The translations under genes were made by a program, and so were the position numbers. A stretch of 64,000 nt of DNA. It comes from Nanobdellota archaeon (GTDB lineage: Archaea; Nanobdellota; Nanobdellia; CSSed11-243R1). The stretch spans positions 4,123 through 68,122 of the forward strand of contig JAGGWW010000006.1 in NCBI GenBank assembly GCA_021163365.1, given 5' to 3'. Positions 1-9,870 of this stretch are shown piece by piece; the stretch's first letter is position 1, and each line of letters begins with the position of its first letter. Below the pieces are notes generated by a model. The model was not told where the DNA came from and did not search any database. It saw nothing but the letters and a program-made list of their open reading frames with translations.

Positions 1-347
1 GCCATCTAAAAACCCCTTATATCTAATCTTTACAACCTTTGATTTAATTGGAAATATTTTGCTAAACATATTTTTCATAACTTTATATTGTTCTTTTGTT
101 ATCTCTGTTGAATACTCTTTTGCTTTATAAACATCTTTTGAATCAAAGCTTTGCAAAAGTATGTCCTTAAGCTGAAGAAATATTTTTCCATTTTTCTTTC
201 TAAAGCGCAAATAAGTATCTTCATCAAACATCTTTTTTGTGAGAAAATATTCGTCTTCTTCCTTGTAGGGCTTGAGTTTAAATTTACTTAATTTCTTTTT
301 GAGCTCAGCACCCACTTTAAATTTTATTTCCACTTCTTTGTTCATGT
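1..347 (-). CDS. partial CDS (N-terminal part in window), possible CYTH-domain (triphosphate tunnel metalloenzyme) protein
   Basis: Minus-strand ORF starting at ATG ~347 and running off the window start. N-terminus MNKEVEIKFKV resembles the CYTH signature (EIE.KF.v). Not in the ORF track because no stop lies in the window. Confidence 0.3.
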
Positions 348-438
348 TTTAAACAAAGGTGATGCGCTTTTTAAAATGTTCGGGAATAAAAATAACCCCA
401 CCCTGGTTTCCATTCACCCTTCTTTCGCCAATCTTCTT

Positions 439-915
439 TTATTGCCTGTTCCCAAGTTTTCCTTTTGTTATAACTTCTAATGCAAGTTGTGGAGCCTGAT
501 GGGCCACAATTGCGATGTGTTTCCCGTCGTATTTTTCTAAAGCTTCATTGAGAAAATCTCTAATCCTCCTTTCAACGTCTTTATAGCACTCACCATTTGG
601 AAAAGGTTTTTCAATAAATTCCTCCATCCTTTTTTCTATTTCTTTAAAGTCAGAACCAGTGAGGTCCCCAAAGTTAATTTCCCTTAATCTTTTATCCTTT
701 ATTACTTTTCCAAAAACGATCTCAGCTGTCTGAACCGCTCTTTTAAGATCCGAGGAAAAAACAGCATCAAATTTTTTATCCTTTATCAACCTTCTTAACT
801 CTTCAGATTGCTTAATTCCAAGCTCAGATAGACCCACATTAGACCATCCAGACGCTATACTATTCAAGTTATCTGGTGTTGTGCCATGTACGAAATATGT
901 TATCTTAACTCCCAC
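439..915 (-). CDS. histidine phosphatase superfamily protein (phosphoglycerate-mutase-like)
   Basis: N-terminal FVHGTT motif resembles the RHG catalytic motif of branch-1 histidine phosphatases. Size 158 aa. Confidence 0.5.
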   Translation of the reverse strand: MGVKITYFVHGTTPDNLNSIASGWSNVGLSELGIKQSEELRRLIKDKKFDAVFSSDLKRAVQTAEIVFGKVIKDKRLREINFGDLTGSDFKEIEKRMEEFIEKPFPNGECYKDVERRIRDFLNEALEKYDGKHIAIVAHQAPQLALEVITKGKLGNRQ

Positions 916-924
916 TCGTATCCC

Positions 925-2160
925 CTATAAATTTTTTGAAATTAAATCATTAATATCCACGATTTGGATACCCTTCAGTTTTACACCCCTAATTCTCTTT
1001 TTATCTATAACAATTAGTAGCTTTCTGCAATCAAATTTATTTAACCTCTCCTCTATTGTACGTAAATCCTTCTTGGTTATTTTATTCTTCCATTTTACCT
1101 CTGCCACTAAGTCTAGTCTCTTGAATCTCGTAAGAGCAATATCGATTTGAGGGTCTTCAATTATAACTTTTTTTAATCCTAATTTTTTTGCGATCAAATT
1201 CTCAAAGAAATTTTCAATATGAAATGGGATCTTTTCATCGATAACATTTTTGATAAACTTGCAAGGAACAAAGTTTTCAGCATAAGCGTATTTTTCATCA
1301 AGGTAGAAATGTAAATCAAACAAAGGTGAAATATTTTTGTACGCAAACTTTTTCTTATTAAATACGTTCACCCTTTCTATCAGACCGATTTTTACAAGTA
1401 CGTCTAAGTATCTTTGGATTAGACCGGGATTATCCTTTTTTATGAGCCCCCTCGAAAAAAGATAACTAGAAATTTCACTACTTCCATTTTTACCGCTTGC
1501 TATGGCTCTCAAAATACCTTCGTAGGTTAAAGAAAGGCGCCTTTCCTCTTCGCTAAAAATCTCGCCTATGATCTCATTGATGGCTAATTTATTCGCATCA
1601 AGGAACAAAGCAAGCCATTTTCTTATCTTTGGTTTGTAGTTAAACGCGATTATTGGTTCTCTTAGATAAGTTGCTGCCTCAACAAGCTCTTTCTTATCCA
1701 GTTTAAGATTTTTTAACGAATTTATCACGTCGAGTTCATCAATTAAACCAAACACCATTAAAGAAAACAACCCAACTAGAGGTGAGCCCTTACCAAGGAG
1801 CTTCTTTGAGAACCATAAAGTTGACGAAATTGCTATCAATTTACCTTGCTTAGAGGCGTGGAGGTAATCAAAAAATTCCTGCGGGAGTCTATGAAATTCA
1901 TCTATCACAACCCTTTTTGTTTTTATCAATTCCTTGAACAATTCAAAAAATGCATGATATGAAAGCTTGTTGTTATTTCTCAAAATAGTTCTATCTCTAT
2001 TTACAAAGAAATATTCGTCGTAGTTAATGAAATTCTTAACAAAAAACGTTTTTCCTGTTTTTCGCCTACCACAAATCCAAACCCAATCTCCAAGTTTCTC
2101 AATCTGCCGTTTTTCCCTAGTTCTATTAATTATGACCATAAACATAATGATTACGAACAT
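925..2160 (-). CDS. archaeal ATPase family protein (AAA+ P-loop with DUF234-like C-terminus)
   Basis: Walker A GRRKTGKT near the N-terminus. Overall architecture matches Arch_ATPase/DUF234 proteins. 411 aa. Confidence 0.55.
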   Translation of the reverse strand: MFVIIMFMVIINRTREKRQIEKLGDWVWICGRRKTGKTFFVKNFINYDEYFFVNRDRTILRNNNKLSYHAFFELFKELIKTKRVVIDEFHRLPQEFFDYLHASKQGKLIAISSTLWFSKKLLGKGSPLVGLFSLMVFGLIDELDVINSLKNLKLDKKELVEAATYLREPIIAFNYKPKIRKWLALFLDANKLAINEIIGEIFSEEERRLSLTYEGILRAIASGKNGSSEISSYLFSRGLIKKDNPGLIQRYLDVLVKIGLIERVNVFNKKKFAYKNISPLFDLHFYLDEKYAYAENFVPCKFIKNVIDEKIPFHIENFFENLIAKKLGLKKVIIEDPQIDIALTRFKRLDLVAEVKWKNKITKKDLRTIEERLNKFDCRKLLIVIDKKRIRGVKLKGIQIVDINDLISKNL

Positions 2161-2503
2161 ATTTATAAATTTTATGTTAGAATCCTTCTCCTGCTAAATC
2201 ATCCAAATAAGAAAGCAAACCCTCTTCTATTTAGCTTAGAGGGGATGCCTTTTCTTTTTTTCCATTTTTTCTACTCTTCGTCCTTTTCAAACTCAATTCT
2301 CTTGAGGAATTTCCCTGAGACTTGATGTTCAATTCCATTTTCCTCCAACTCATCGGAGCTATTCCAGATAAAATAGTTAAAAGGGAAACACCAACTCTTG
2401 CAAGAAAGAAGAGTTCAGGAGAAATTCCACTCTCAGCAAGTGCAATTTGGCAAAACACCTTAAGCCATACTACTCACAATATAGGATCTTCTGAATTAAA
2501 ATT

Positions 2504-2995
2504 TTAAACTGGCTTTTCTCCCTGCCAATGTCCTTCATATAATTGATTAACTTCTCCTTTTGTATCTAAAAAAATCATCTGGAACCAAAATTCATCTTTG
2601 TGAACGCGAAGTTCATTAACAGTAACTCTAACAGTTTGAGTGCCATAACCAGAATATCCAGAATCCCAAATTGCGCTTTCCGATTTTATAACACCAAGTC
2701 TGTTAAAAGTTGAGCGAGGAAGCAAAAGTCCAACAGCATTCTTTGGAATAGTTACCTTATTTGCAATTCTAATTTCGTATGTGCCTTTTGGAAGATAATA
2801 AAAACCATCGTCCGCTGGCTCGATTTTTATTTTCTCTGGTTTAATTTCTCTTATCTTACCATTTATTGTTACAACCCCTTCTTCTGGAAGCTTCCAAATC
2901 TCAGAAATCTTTAAATCAACACCATTTGGATTAATTTTAATTTCTGGAGGTTGTTCAATATATCTTGCGACATCTTCACCAATCCAAACACTCAT
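2504..2995 (-). CDS. dUTPase / dCTP deaminase superfamily protein
   Basis: LLPRSTFNRLGV and WDSGYSGYG motifs resemble the trimeric dUTPase/dCTP deaminase fold. 163 aa. Confidence 0.5.
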   Translation of the reverse strand: MSVWIGEDVARYIEQPPEIKINPNGVDLKISEIWKLPEEGVVTINGKIREIKPEKIKIEPADDGFYYLPKGTYEIRIANKVTIPKNAVGLLLPRSTFNRLGVIKSESAIWDSGYSGYGTQTVRVTVNELRVHKDEFWFQMIFLDTKGEVNQLYEGHWQGEKPV

Positions 2996-2999
2996 TTTT

Positions 3000-3413
3000 T
3001 CACCCTATAATATTTTTAAGTTCTTTAATCAAATCCTTACATTTGCTTATAGCATCTTTGCATACTTGAAACTCCATCTTCTTTCCATAGTAAGTAAGCA
3101 TGTTCCTCTTATATCTTAAATCATCAAATATATAAAATAAATCTTCCCTTTTTAAGAAATCTCTGAGGAAAAAACCCAAGCAGATGTGATTGGATACTTT
3201 AAAACCCTTCATAAGAGCTATAGCTTGAATCAATTCAAGTATAGAAGTGTAATAATCTTCAAAAACAAAGTTACAATTCTTTTCATTCAAATCTTGAATA
3301 TTTAATATCCTATCATTAGAGACTTCGATAAGTGATTCAGCCCTAACAACATCTGGAGTTACTTGCCTCCCATTCCCGCTTTCAATACAATCTTGCCATG
3401 ATGCCTCTTTCAT
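3000..3413 (-). CDS. HEPN domain protein (toxin component of HEPN/MNT pair)
   Basis: 137 aa. It lies immediately downstream of a nucleotidyltransferase gene and overlaps it by 4 nt (ATGA). The arrangement is typical of HEPN-MNT modules. Confidence 0.45.
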   Translation of the reverse strand: MKEASWQDCIESGNGRQVTPDVVRAESLIEVSNDRILNIQDLNEKNCNFVFEDYYTSILELIQAIALMKGFKVSNHICLGFFLRDFLKREDLFYIFDDLRYKRNMLTYYGKKMEFQVCKDAISKCKDLIKELKNIIG

Positions 3414-3943
3414 TCAAATACCCTCAAAAACCCGTTTAAGGTTATTCCATTTATTATATTATCAGCTAATTTTTTATTAGGTATTTGCTTGATGTTTTTA
3501 AATCTAAATATTTGTATTTTTCTCTGTAATATCTTTTCAAATTTCTTAGTATTTAACTTCTTCTTCGACAAAGTTTCAATGTAAATATCAATATCACTAT
3601 CTTCAACATCCTCGCCTTTGGAATATGAACCAAATAAAACAACAGTTGGATTACTTAACTCTTCGCGTAGATACTTTATCAAACCTGAAATATAAATTTG
3701 TTTTAAATTAAAAATTCTCTTTTCAAGTAAAAATATTTCATTGCTTCTATCAGCAGTATAAAATTTAACATTTCCAATTATAAGTGTTTTCAGAATTCCT
3801 TCTTTACTTAACTCTTTACAATATCGAATAACAGACGGCAAAGATAACCCTAAAACTCTTTCAAGCTGTCTAACCCTCATTTTTGCTGTTGGGTTCATGA
3901 AAAAGAATTCCTTTATCTTTCGTTTGATATCCATCGGTATCAT
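3410..3943 (-). CDS. minimal nucleotidyltransferase (MNT) with N-terminal wHTH, antitoxin component
   Basis: NTase motif LFGSYSKGEDVEDSDIDI (GS..D.D) and an N-terminal HTH-like segment LGLSLPSVIRYCKELSKEGIL. Confidence 0.6.
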   Translation of the reverse strand: MIPMDIKRKIKEFFFMNPTAKMRVRQLERVLGLSLPSVIRYCKELSKEGILKTLIIGNVKFYTADRSNEIFLLEKRIFNLKQIYISGLIKYLREELSNPTVVLFGSYSKGEDVEDSDIDIYIETLSKKKLNTKKFEKILQRKIQIFRFKNIKQIPNKKLADNIINGITLNGFLRVFE

Positions 3944-3976
3944 ATGATATTTTAAAATATCAACTGATATTTAAGG

Positions 3977-4564
3977 TTATCGATTCGTCTTAAACACCTT
4001 CCCATGTCCTGGAATTACAAAATCAGCTATCTCCAAGATTTTTTTGCGGGAAGCAATTAGTTTTTCCATATTTGTGTGTTCGGGGTCATTGTCTGGTTTA
4101 TTAATATCTACTTCTTGTTTCTGGTCCTCAGTCCACCAAAAAACATCTCCTGCTACAACATAAGTTCCTTCTGGTGTAGGAATCACAAATGAGCAGTGTT
4201 CTTCTTTATGTCCGGGTGTACGAATTACCCTTACATCAGTTCCTGGAACAACCCCATTGTGCTGTGAAATTAAATCCTTGTCATACACATAAAGTTCATC
4301 GATTATCTTGGCGTTTTTAAATATACCAGCGAGAACTGTATGGTCTGGATGTCCATGTGTCAAAAGCACGTAATCTATATCATCCACACTCAACCCTTCT
4401 TTTTTTAATGATTCTATTAATTTCTCTCTGTTACAACCTGGATCAGCAATCATCTTTTTGCCATTGCTAATAATTAAAGTAACGGATGAATTGGCTTTCC
4501 ACCCATTATCAGTTTCCTTAGCATATCCTTCAATAAGAATTTTAACTTTGTTCATCTTTTTCAC
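3977..4564 (-). CDS. metallo-beta-lactamase fold hydrolase
   Basis: HGHPDH motif (H.H.DH) and downstream His/Asp ligands. 195 aa. Confidence 0.65.
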   Translation of the reverse strand: MKKMNKVKILIEGYAKETDNGWKANSSVTLIISNGKKMIADPGCNREKLIESLKKEGLSVDDIDYVLLTHGHPDHTVLAGIFKNAKIIDELYVYDKDLISQHNGVVPGTDVRVIRTPGHKEEHCSFVIPTPEGTYVVAGDVFWWTEDQKQEVDINKPDNDPEHTNMEKLIASRKKILEIADFVIPGHGKVFKTNR

Positions 4565-5277
4565 CTCTTTTTATAAACTTCAAGCCAGCCCTGCCAATAA
4601 GGTGCTGGCTTTCTTTTTACAAGTTTCCAGCCAGATAGATTCATAATTGGCTCAAGTATAAAAGGTGCCCAAACTGCATGAACGAATTTAACTTTCTTTT
4701 TTTGAGCTTCATTAAATACTTCTTTGATTATCTCTCCTTTTTTGGAATCAAATCCTTTTGTTACGCTAAGCACTTTTTCACCCCTTTTTTTCTCAATCAT
4801 TCTCTCTTTCCACTTTTTCTCAAACAAAATTGTAACAACATCTCTGTAATCTATGATAAAATATGTCCCCTTATGAGTATTGCTTTCAATGTTTTCAAGT
4901 AAATCCACGAAATCAAATGTGGTAAAATGTGCCAAAGAATTTCCAAGAAAAGTGATGGTGTCAAACTTTCCAGCGATTTTCTTTTTAGTTACATCTCCAA
5001 TGATAAATTTGTTTTTTGATTTTATTTCTCTCGCATACCTCTTTGCGCTGTTAATCATATCAGGATTGATATCAATACCGACGTATGAATGTCCCTTTTG
5101 TTCAAGTATAAACCCTAAAACTCCACCGCCACAGGCTATGTCTAATATTTTCTTTCCAAAGTATTTCTTGTTTGACTGATATAACTTCTTGAGAGAATTA
5201 AATCTTTTTTTATCGCTTACCAGATATCTTTTAAAGTCCTCAGAAATCCTATAAAACTTCTTGATGTTCACTTTCAT
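4561..5277 (-). CDS. class I SAM-dependent methyltransferase
   Basis: Motif I ILDIACGGGVLG. 238 aa. Confidence 0.6.
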   Translation of the reverse strand: MKVNIKKFYRISEDFKRYLVSDKKRFNSLKKLYQSNKKYFGKKILDIACGGGVLGFILEQKGHSYVGIDINPDMINSAKRYAREIKSKNKFIIGDVTKKKIAGKFDTITFLGNSLAHFTTFDFVDLLENIESNTHKGTYFIIDYRDVVTILFEKKWKERMIEKKRGEKVLSVTKGFDSKKGEIIKEVFNEAQKKKVKFVHAVWAPFILEPIMNLSGWKLVKRKPAPYWQGWLEVYKKR

Positions 5278-5765
5278 TTTCTCTTCAGTCTTTTCTTAAA
5301 TTCTTTTGGCAAATCATCAATTCTTTCTATGAAGTCAATCTTCTTCTTTTTTTCATCAAAATGGACAAAACCAATTACCTTCCCTTTCTTTTTTAATTCA
5401 AACAAACCCTCTTTTGCAGCAGGAATGCCAAGCATTCTTCCAATTTCAGCATCTTTTAATTCTTCAATATCCAAAATCTCTGCTATGTTAGAAACAAGCA
5501 TATCATGATATCTTTCAATCTCTCTTTTGTAATCTTTTGGGATAAGCTGCTTTTTTACTTTTCTAGAAAAAAGAATTGAATGAAATTCCTCTGGCGTCAT
5601 AAATTTTCCTTTTTTCTCCATAAATTCTAAATCTCTTTCAAGAGCAGCCTTTCTTGCCTTTTCATCAAGAGCAATAAGCCCTTGCTGTAGCCACTTTATT
5701 CTCTCTAATTCATCTTTCTTGATTGGTTTTTCAATTATTTTCTTAAGCCTCACTTCCACCACCAA
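5274..5765 (-). CDS. hypothetical protein (Lys/Glu-rich)
   Basis: ORF in an operon-like arrangement with overlapping start/stop. No recognisable motif. Confidence 0.3.
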   Translation of the reverse strand: MVVEVRLKKIIEKPIKKDELERIKWLQQGLIALDEKARKAALERDLEFMEKKGKFMTPEEFHSILFSRKVKKQLIPKDYKREIERYHDMLVSNIAEILDIEELKDAEIGRMLGIPAAKEGLFELKKKGKVIGFVHFDEKKKKIDFIERIDDLPKEFKKRLKRK

Positions 5766-6162
5766 GAAGCATCATTGCTTTTTCAGCAATTTCAATCATA
5801 ACAGGGTTTATCAATTTCATTTTCTTTAAATCCTTTAAAGAAACCCATTTGTAATCTGTATGTTCCTTGCAAAGCTTAATCTTTTTTCCCTTTGGCCTGC
5901 ACAAATAAACAACAGTTAAAACCTTTTCACCATCAACAGTTGTTATAATACTTGAAAAAAATTGATAAACAATGTCAATATCTAAGCCTGTCTCTTCTTT
6001 TACCTCTCTTTTTAAAGCATCCTCATAGTTTTCATTTTTCTCTAATCTCCCTGATGGAAAAGTCCATTTACCTTTCACCTTTGGACCATAAACACCAGAA
6101 TATTTTAAAACCAAAAACTGGTCCTTTTCATTAAAGATAACAGCTTGTTGTATTGCTTCCAT
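5743..6162 (-). CDS. NUDIX hydrolase
   Basis: Nudix box GRLEKNENYEDALKREVKEETGL (G.5E.7REVxEExG). Confidence 0.7.
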   Translation of the reverse strand: MEAIQQAVIFNEKDQFLVLKYSGVYGPKVKGKWTFPSGRLEKNENYEDALKREVKEETGLDIDIVYQFFSSIITTVDGEKVLTVVYLCRPKGKKIKLCKEHTDYKWVSLKDLKKMKLINPVMIEIAEKAMMLLGGGSEA

Positions 6163-6182
6163 GTATAATGAAACTCTACAAT

Positions 6183-6194
6183 TATTTATAAATT
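6183..6194 (+). promoter_or_regulatory. putative archaeal TATA box for a leaderless Ku transcript
   Basis: TTTATAAATT lies ~22-28 nt upstream of the Ku ATG (6212), in the divergent intergenic region with the Nudix gene. Confidence 0.3.
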
Positions 6195-6211
6195 ATAAGA
6201 TATTAGTAAAA

Positions 6212-6988
6212 ATGGGTGATACTATTAAAGCGATATGGAAAGGTTCGTTATCTCTTGGACTTGTAAATATTCCTGTTGCTGTTTATCCAGCTGTTGAACC
6301 AAAAGCAATATCATTTAGAGAACTTCACAAAACATGTAAAACTCCTTTAGAACACAAAAGATGGTGTCCAACAGACAAAGAAGAAGTGGCTTGGGAAGAT
6401 GTTGTAAAGGGGTTTGAAATAGCAAAAGACCAGTATGTTGTTATAACAAAAGAAGAGCTTGAAGCTGCAAAACTTAAAACAACAAGCAATATAGAGATAG
6501 TACAGTTTGTAAATAGCGGAGAAATTGACCCAATTTATTATGATAAACCATATTACCTTGCGCCGCAAAAAGGTGGAGAAAAAGCATTCTTCCTTCTAAA
6601 AAATGTTTTAGCAACTCTTGGAAAAGTTGCAATAGCGAGATTCGTTCTAAGAAATAAAGAGTACATTGTTGCAATATACTCTTACAAGAAAGGATTGCTT
6701 ATGCACACACTTCATTATTCGTACGAAATAAGAGATATGAATGAAATAGAAGAGTTAAAGAAAAAAGCAAGGTACACAAAAGAAGAAGAAAAACTTGCAA
6801 TAGCTCTTGTTAAATCACAAAGTTCAAAGTTTGACATCAAGAAATTTAAAGATAGGTATGCTGAAGCACTAAAGGAGATAATAAAAGCAAAACTAAAAGG
6901 CAAAAAAATATCAATGCCCAAAGAGAAAATAGAAAAAGCAAAAGAACTTATGGAAGCACTTAAAGCAAGCATTAAAAAGAAAAAATGA
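6212..6988 (+). CDS. ku: Ku protein (NHEJ DNA end-binding)
   Basis: N-terminus AIWKGSLSLGLVNIPVAVY is the hallmark prokaryotic Ku signature. Likely start is the internal ATG at 6212 rather than 6161. Confidence 0.8.
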   Translation: MGDTIKAIWKGSLSLGLVNIPVAVYPAVEPKAISFRELHKTCKTPLEHKRWCPTDKEEVAWEDVVKGFEIAKDQYVVITKEELEAAKLKTTSNIEIVQFVNSGEIDPIYYDKPYYLAPQKGGEKAFFLLKNVLATLGKVAIARFVLRNKEYIVAIYSYKKGLLMHTLHYSYEIRDMNEIEELKKKARYTKEEEKLAIALVKSQSSKFDIKKFKDRYAEALKEIIKAKLKGKKISMPKEKIEKAKELMEALKASIKKKK

Positions 6989-7941
6989 TAAAACCAATGC
7001 TTTGCAAAACTGGAAAACCTTTTAATTCTAAAGAATGGATATTTGAATTAAAACTCGATGGGACTAGAACAATTGCTTACATTGAAAACAAAAGTTTAAA
7101 GCTTATAAACAGAAGGGGTAAAAATTTTACAAGCAGGTATCCAGAACTAAAGGATTTGCCAAAGCATGTTAAATCAAATTGTATTCTTGACGGAGAAATA
7201 GTTGTATTTAATGATAAAGGAATCCCTGATTTTTACCAACTTGCCACAAGAGAGCAAACAACAAGAAAAGCAAAGATAGAAATACTTTCTAAAACAATGC
7301 CAGCAACATTCGTTATCTTTGACATTCTTAAAAAAGACGGAAAAAATCTTATGAATTTACCTTTAATGAAAAGAAAAAAAATCTTAAGAGAAACAGTAAA
7401 AGACTACGAATATGCGTTTGTAATTGATTACATCGAAGAGTTTGGAAAAAACTTTTTCAAAGAAGCAGTTAAAAAAGGGTTTGAGGGAGTTGTGGCAAAA
7501 AAGAAAAATTCTGTTTACGAGCAAGGAGTTCGTTCTTCAAATTGGCTTAAGATAAAAGCAAAGGAAACAATTGATGCCATAGTAATAGGGTACACAGAAG
7601 GAAAGGGAAAAAGAAAAAACACATTTGGGGCTTTAGTTCTTGGGGCATATAAGGACAACGAATTAATTCACATAGGCAGAGTTGGAACAGGCTGGAAAGA
7701 AAATGATTTAAAACAAATAAAATCGTTGCTTGAAAAAATAGTTACAAAAAATTGTCCTGTAAAAAGAAGTTTTGAGAAATGGAAAGATTACGAAGCAAAG
7801 TATAAAGTTAAATGGGTGAAGCCAAAGCTTGTTGCAGAAATTGAAGCTATGGAAATAACCCCAAAGCTTGAGCTTCGCGCTCCAAGCTTTAAAAGATTGA
7901 GATTTGATAAGCCAATTGAAGAATGTGTTTTATCGAACTAA
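6985..7941 (+). CDS. ligD: ATP-dependent DNA ligase, stand-alone LigD-type ligase domain
   Basis: Motif I ELKLDGTR (KxDG adenylation lysine). 318 aa minimal ligase. Start overlaps the Ku stop (ATGA). Confidence 0.8.
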   Translation: MIKPMLCKTGKPFNSKEWIFELKLDGTRTIAYIENKSLKLINRRGKNFTSRYPELKDLPKHVKSNCILDGEIVVFNDKGIPDFYQLATREQTTRKAKIEILSKTMPATFVIFDILKKDGKNLMNLPLMKRKKILRETVKDYEYAFVIDYIEEFGKNFFKEAVKKGFEGVVAKKKNSVYEQGVRSSNWLKIKAKETIDAIVIGYTEGKGKRKNTFGALVLGAYKDNELIHIGRVGTGWKENDLKQIKSLLEKIVTKNCPVKRSFEKWKDYEAKYKVKWVKPKLVAEIEAMEITPKLELRAPSFKRLRFDKPIEECVLSN

Positions 7942-8007
7942 CATTTCTTGAGATAAAGTGGAAATATTGGACAATACCTAGAAAAGATAAAAAACAGTTA
8001 ATATTGC

Positions 8008-8811
8008 ATGGTGATTATGAAAATAAGAGAAATAAAAGCAAAAAGAATTATCCAGAAAACAAATATTCCTGATGCAGATTGGGTGATTAATCCTTATGTT
8101 GGATGCGAACATGCATGTAGATATTGTTACGCAAGATTTGTATGTAGGTGGAGAAACACAAAAGACAAGTGGGGAGAGTTCGTTGATGTAAAAGTAAACG
8201 CTCCAGAGCTTGCTGCAAAAGAAAGTAAAACCAAGAAAGGTGTTGTTATTTTCTCCACAGTATGTGACCCATACCAACCAATTGAGAGAAAATATAGACT
8301 AACAAGAAAGATATTGCAAAATTTAAATCCAAATATGTATGTTGTTATTTTAACAAAATCAGATTTGGTTTTACGTGACATTGATGTTTTTAAAAGATTT
8401 AAAAATATTGAAATTGGATTAACTATCACTACATTTGATGAAAAAATTAGAAAAATTTGGGAGCCAAAATCACCAAGTTCAGAAAGAAGATTAAAAGCAC
8501 TAAAGAAACTAAAGCAAGAGGGGTTTTCAACTTATGCTTTTATAGCGCCAATTTTTCCTTATCTTGTTAATTTAGAAGATGTTGTTAAAAAAGTCGCGCC
8601 TTATGTTGATGTTTTGATGTTTGAAGATTTAAACATCAACGCTGCAAAGCAAGAGATTTTTTCAACACTTAAAGAACATTTTCCACAGTTAGTTGAAAAG
8701 TACAAAAAACTTGATAAAAAATTTTGGCTTGAAAAAATTAAGGAAATAAAAACACTTGGAAAGAAATACAAAAAGCCAGTTGAGATTTACTTTAAGCATG
8801 TAACGTGGTAG
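8008..8811 (+). CDS. radical SAM protein, SplB-like (COG1533 DNA-repair photolyase family)
   Basis: CEHACRYCYA (CX3CX2C) cluster preceded by NPYVGC, as in spore-photoproduct-lyase-like enzymes. Confidence 0.55.
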   Translation: MVIMKIREIKAKRIIQKTNIPDADWVINPYVGCEHACRYCYARFVCRWRNTKDKWGEFVDVKVNAPELAAKESKTKKGVVIFSTVCDPYQPIERKYRLTRKILQNLNPNMYVVILTKSDLVLRDIDVFKRFKNIEIGLTITTFDEKIRKIWEPKSPSSERRLKALKKLKQEGFSTYAFIAPIFPYLVNLEDVVKKVAPYVDVLMFEDLNINAAKQEIFSTLKEHFPQLVEKYKKLDKKFWLEKIKEIKTLGKKYKKPVEIYFKHVTW

Positions 8812-8812
8812 A

Positions 8813-9844
8813 ATGAAAACCGGCATAGCTAATTTACCTTTGCACTATGGAAAAGCACCACGTTGGCTTTTTGATAGAATGACAAAGCTTTCTGGAGAAA
8901 TATCAGAAATTATAATTGATGAATATGGTGCTGATGAATTTTTAAGAAGATTAGCAAATCCATTTTGGTTTCAAGCATTTGGTTGTGTTCTTGGATTTGA
9001 CTGGCACTCTTCAGGATTAACCACCACAGTTTTGGGTGCTTTAAAAGTTTCTCTTAATGAAAAAAACCTTGGCATACAAGTCTGCGGTGGAAAGGGAGCA
9101 ACAAGCAGAAAAACACCCATGGAGATTGAAAACACAGAATTCAATTTGTCAACAAAGAAGATTGAAGAGCTAAAAAGAGCATCAAAACTTTCTGCAAAAG
9201 TCGACAACTCTCTTATTCAAGATGGATTTCAACTTTATCATCACAATTTCATTTTCACAGAAAAAGGAAAGTGGGCAGTAGTTCAGCAAGGAATGAGTGA
9301 TTCTTGGGCTCGGCGTTACCATTGGCTTTCAGAAAATGTAAATACCTTTGTTGAAGAGCCACATAGCGCAATTGTTTGTGATTTAAAAAAAGAAAAAGTG
9401 CTTAATTTAACTGCAAAAGAAAGCAAAGAAACAAGAAAAGCGACTCTTGATTTAGTTAAAAGCAAAAACATCTTAACACTTCCAAAACGACATGGGATTT
9501 TAAAAAAAGACTTGACTCCGCGTGCAATGAAAATAATAAAACTTGCATATGAGCTACAGCCAAGAGATTATGAGGAGTTGATTTCAATAAAGGGTGTTGG
9601 TCCAAAAACAATTCGCAGCCTAACTCTAATAAGTGATTTAATATACGGAACAAAAGCAAGCTGGAAAGACCCTGTTAAATATTCTTTTGCTCATGGTGGA
9701 AAGGACGGGATTCCTTTTCCTGTCGACAAACCAATTTATGATAAAAGTATTGAAATCCTAAGAGATGCAATTGAAAATGCAAAAATTGGAAAAAAAGAAA
9801 AAATTCTTGCTATAAAAAGACTTTCTGAGTTTGCTAAAGTTTAA
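8813..9844 (+). CDS. conserved hypothetical protein with C-terminal helix-hairpin-helix (possibly DUF763-like)
   Basis: SIKGVGPKTIRSLTLISDL HhH motif. 343 aa. Starts 2 nt after the radical SAM gene. The family assignment comes from memory, not a search. Confidence 0.4.
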   Translation: MKTGIANLPLHYGKAPRWLFDRMTKLSGEISEIIIDEYGADEFLRRLANPFWFQAFGCVLGFDWHSSGLTTTVLGALKVSLNEKNLGIQVCGGKGATSRKTPMEIENTEFNLSTKKIEELKRASKLSAKVDNSLIQDGFQLYHHNFIFTEKGKWAVVQQGMSDSWARRYHWLSENVNTFVEEPHSAIVCDLKKEKVLNLTAKESKETRKATLDLVKSKNILTLPKRHGILKKDLTPRAMKIIKLAYELQPRDYEELISIKGVGPKTIRSLTLISDLIYGTKASWKDPVKYSFAHGGKDGIPFPVDKPIYDKSIEILRDAIENAKIGKKEKILAIKRLSEFAKV

Positions 9845-9870
9845 AAAACAAGAATCATTTTCATGCAAAG

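Noticed and set aside
881-1150. 89-aa plus-strand ORF and many antisense ORFs within long genes (e.g. 10529..10843-, 11958..12335-, 21360..21791-, 22710..23156-, 27494..27904-, 33611..33991-, 37352..37984-, 54658..55032-)
   Set aside because: They are fully embedded antisense in strongly supported genes (ATPase, hel308, RNAP, S7, RIO, Topo VI A, antiporter). Their low-complexity Leu/Phe/Ser-rich translations are typical of AT-rich antisense frames.
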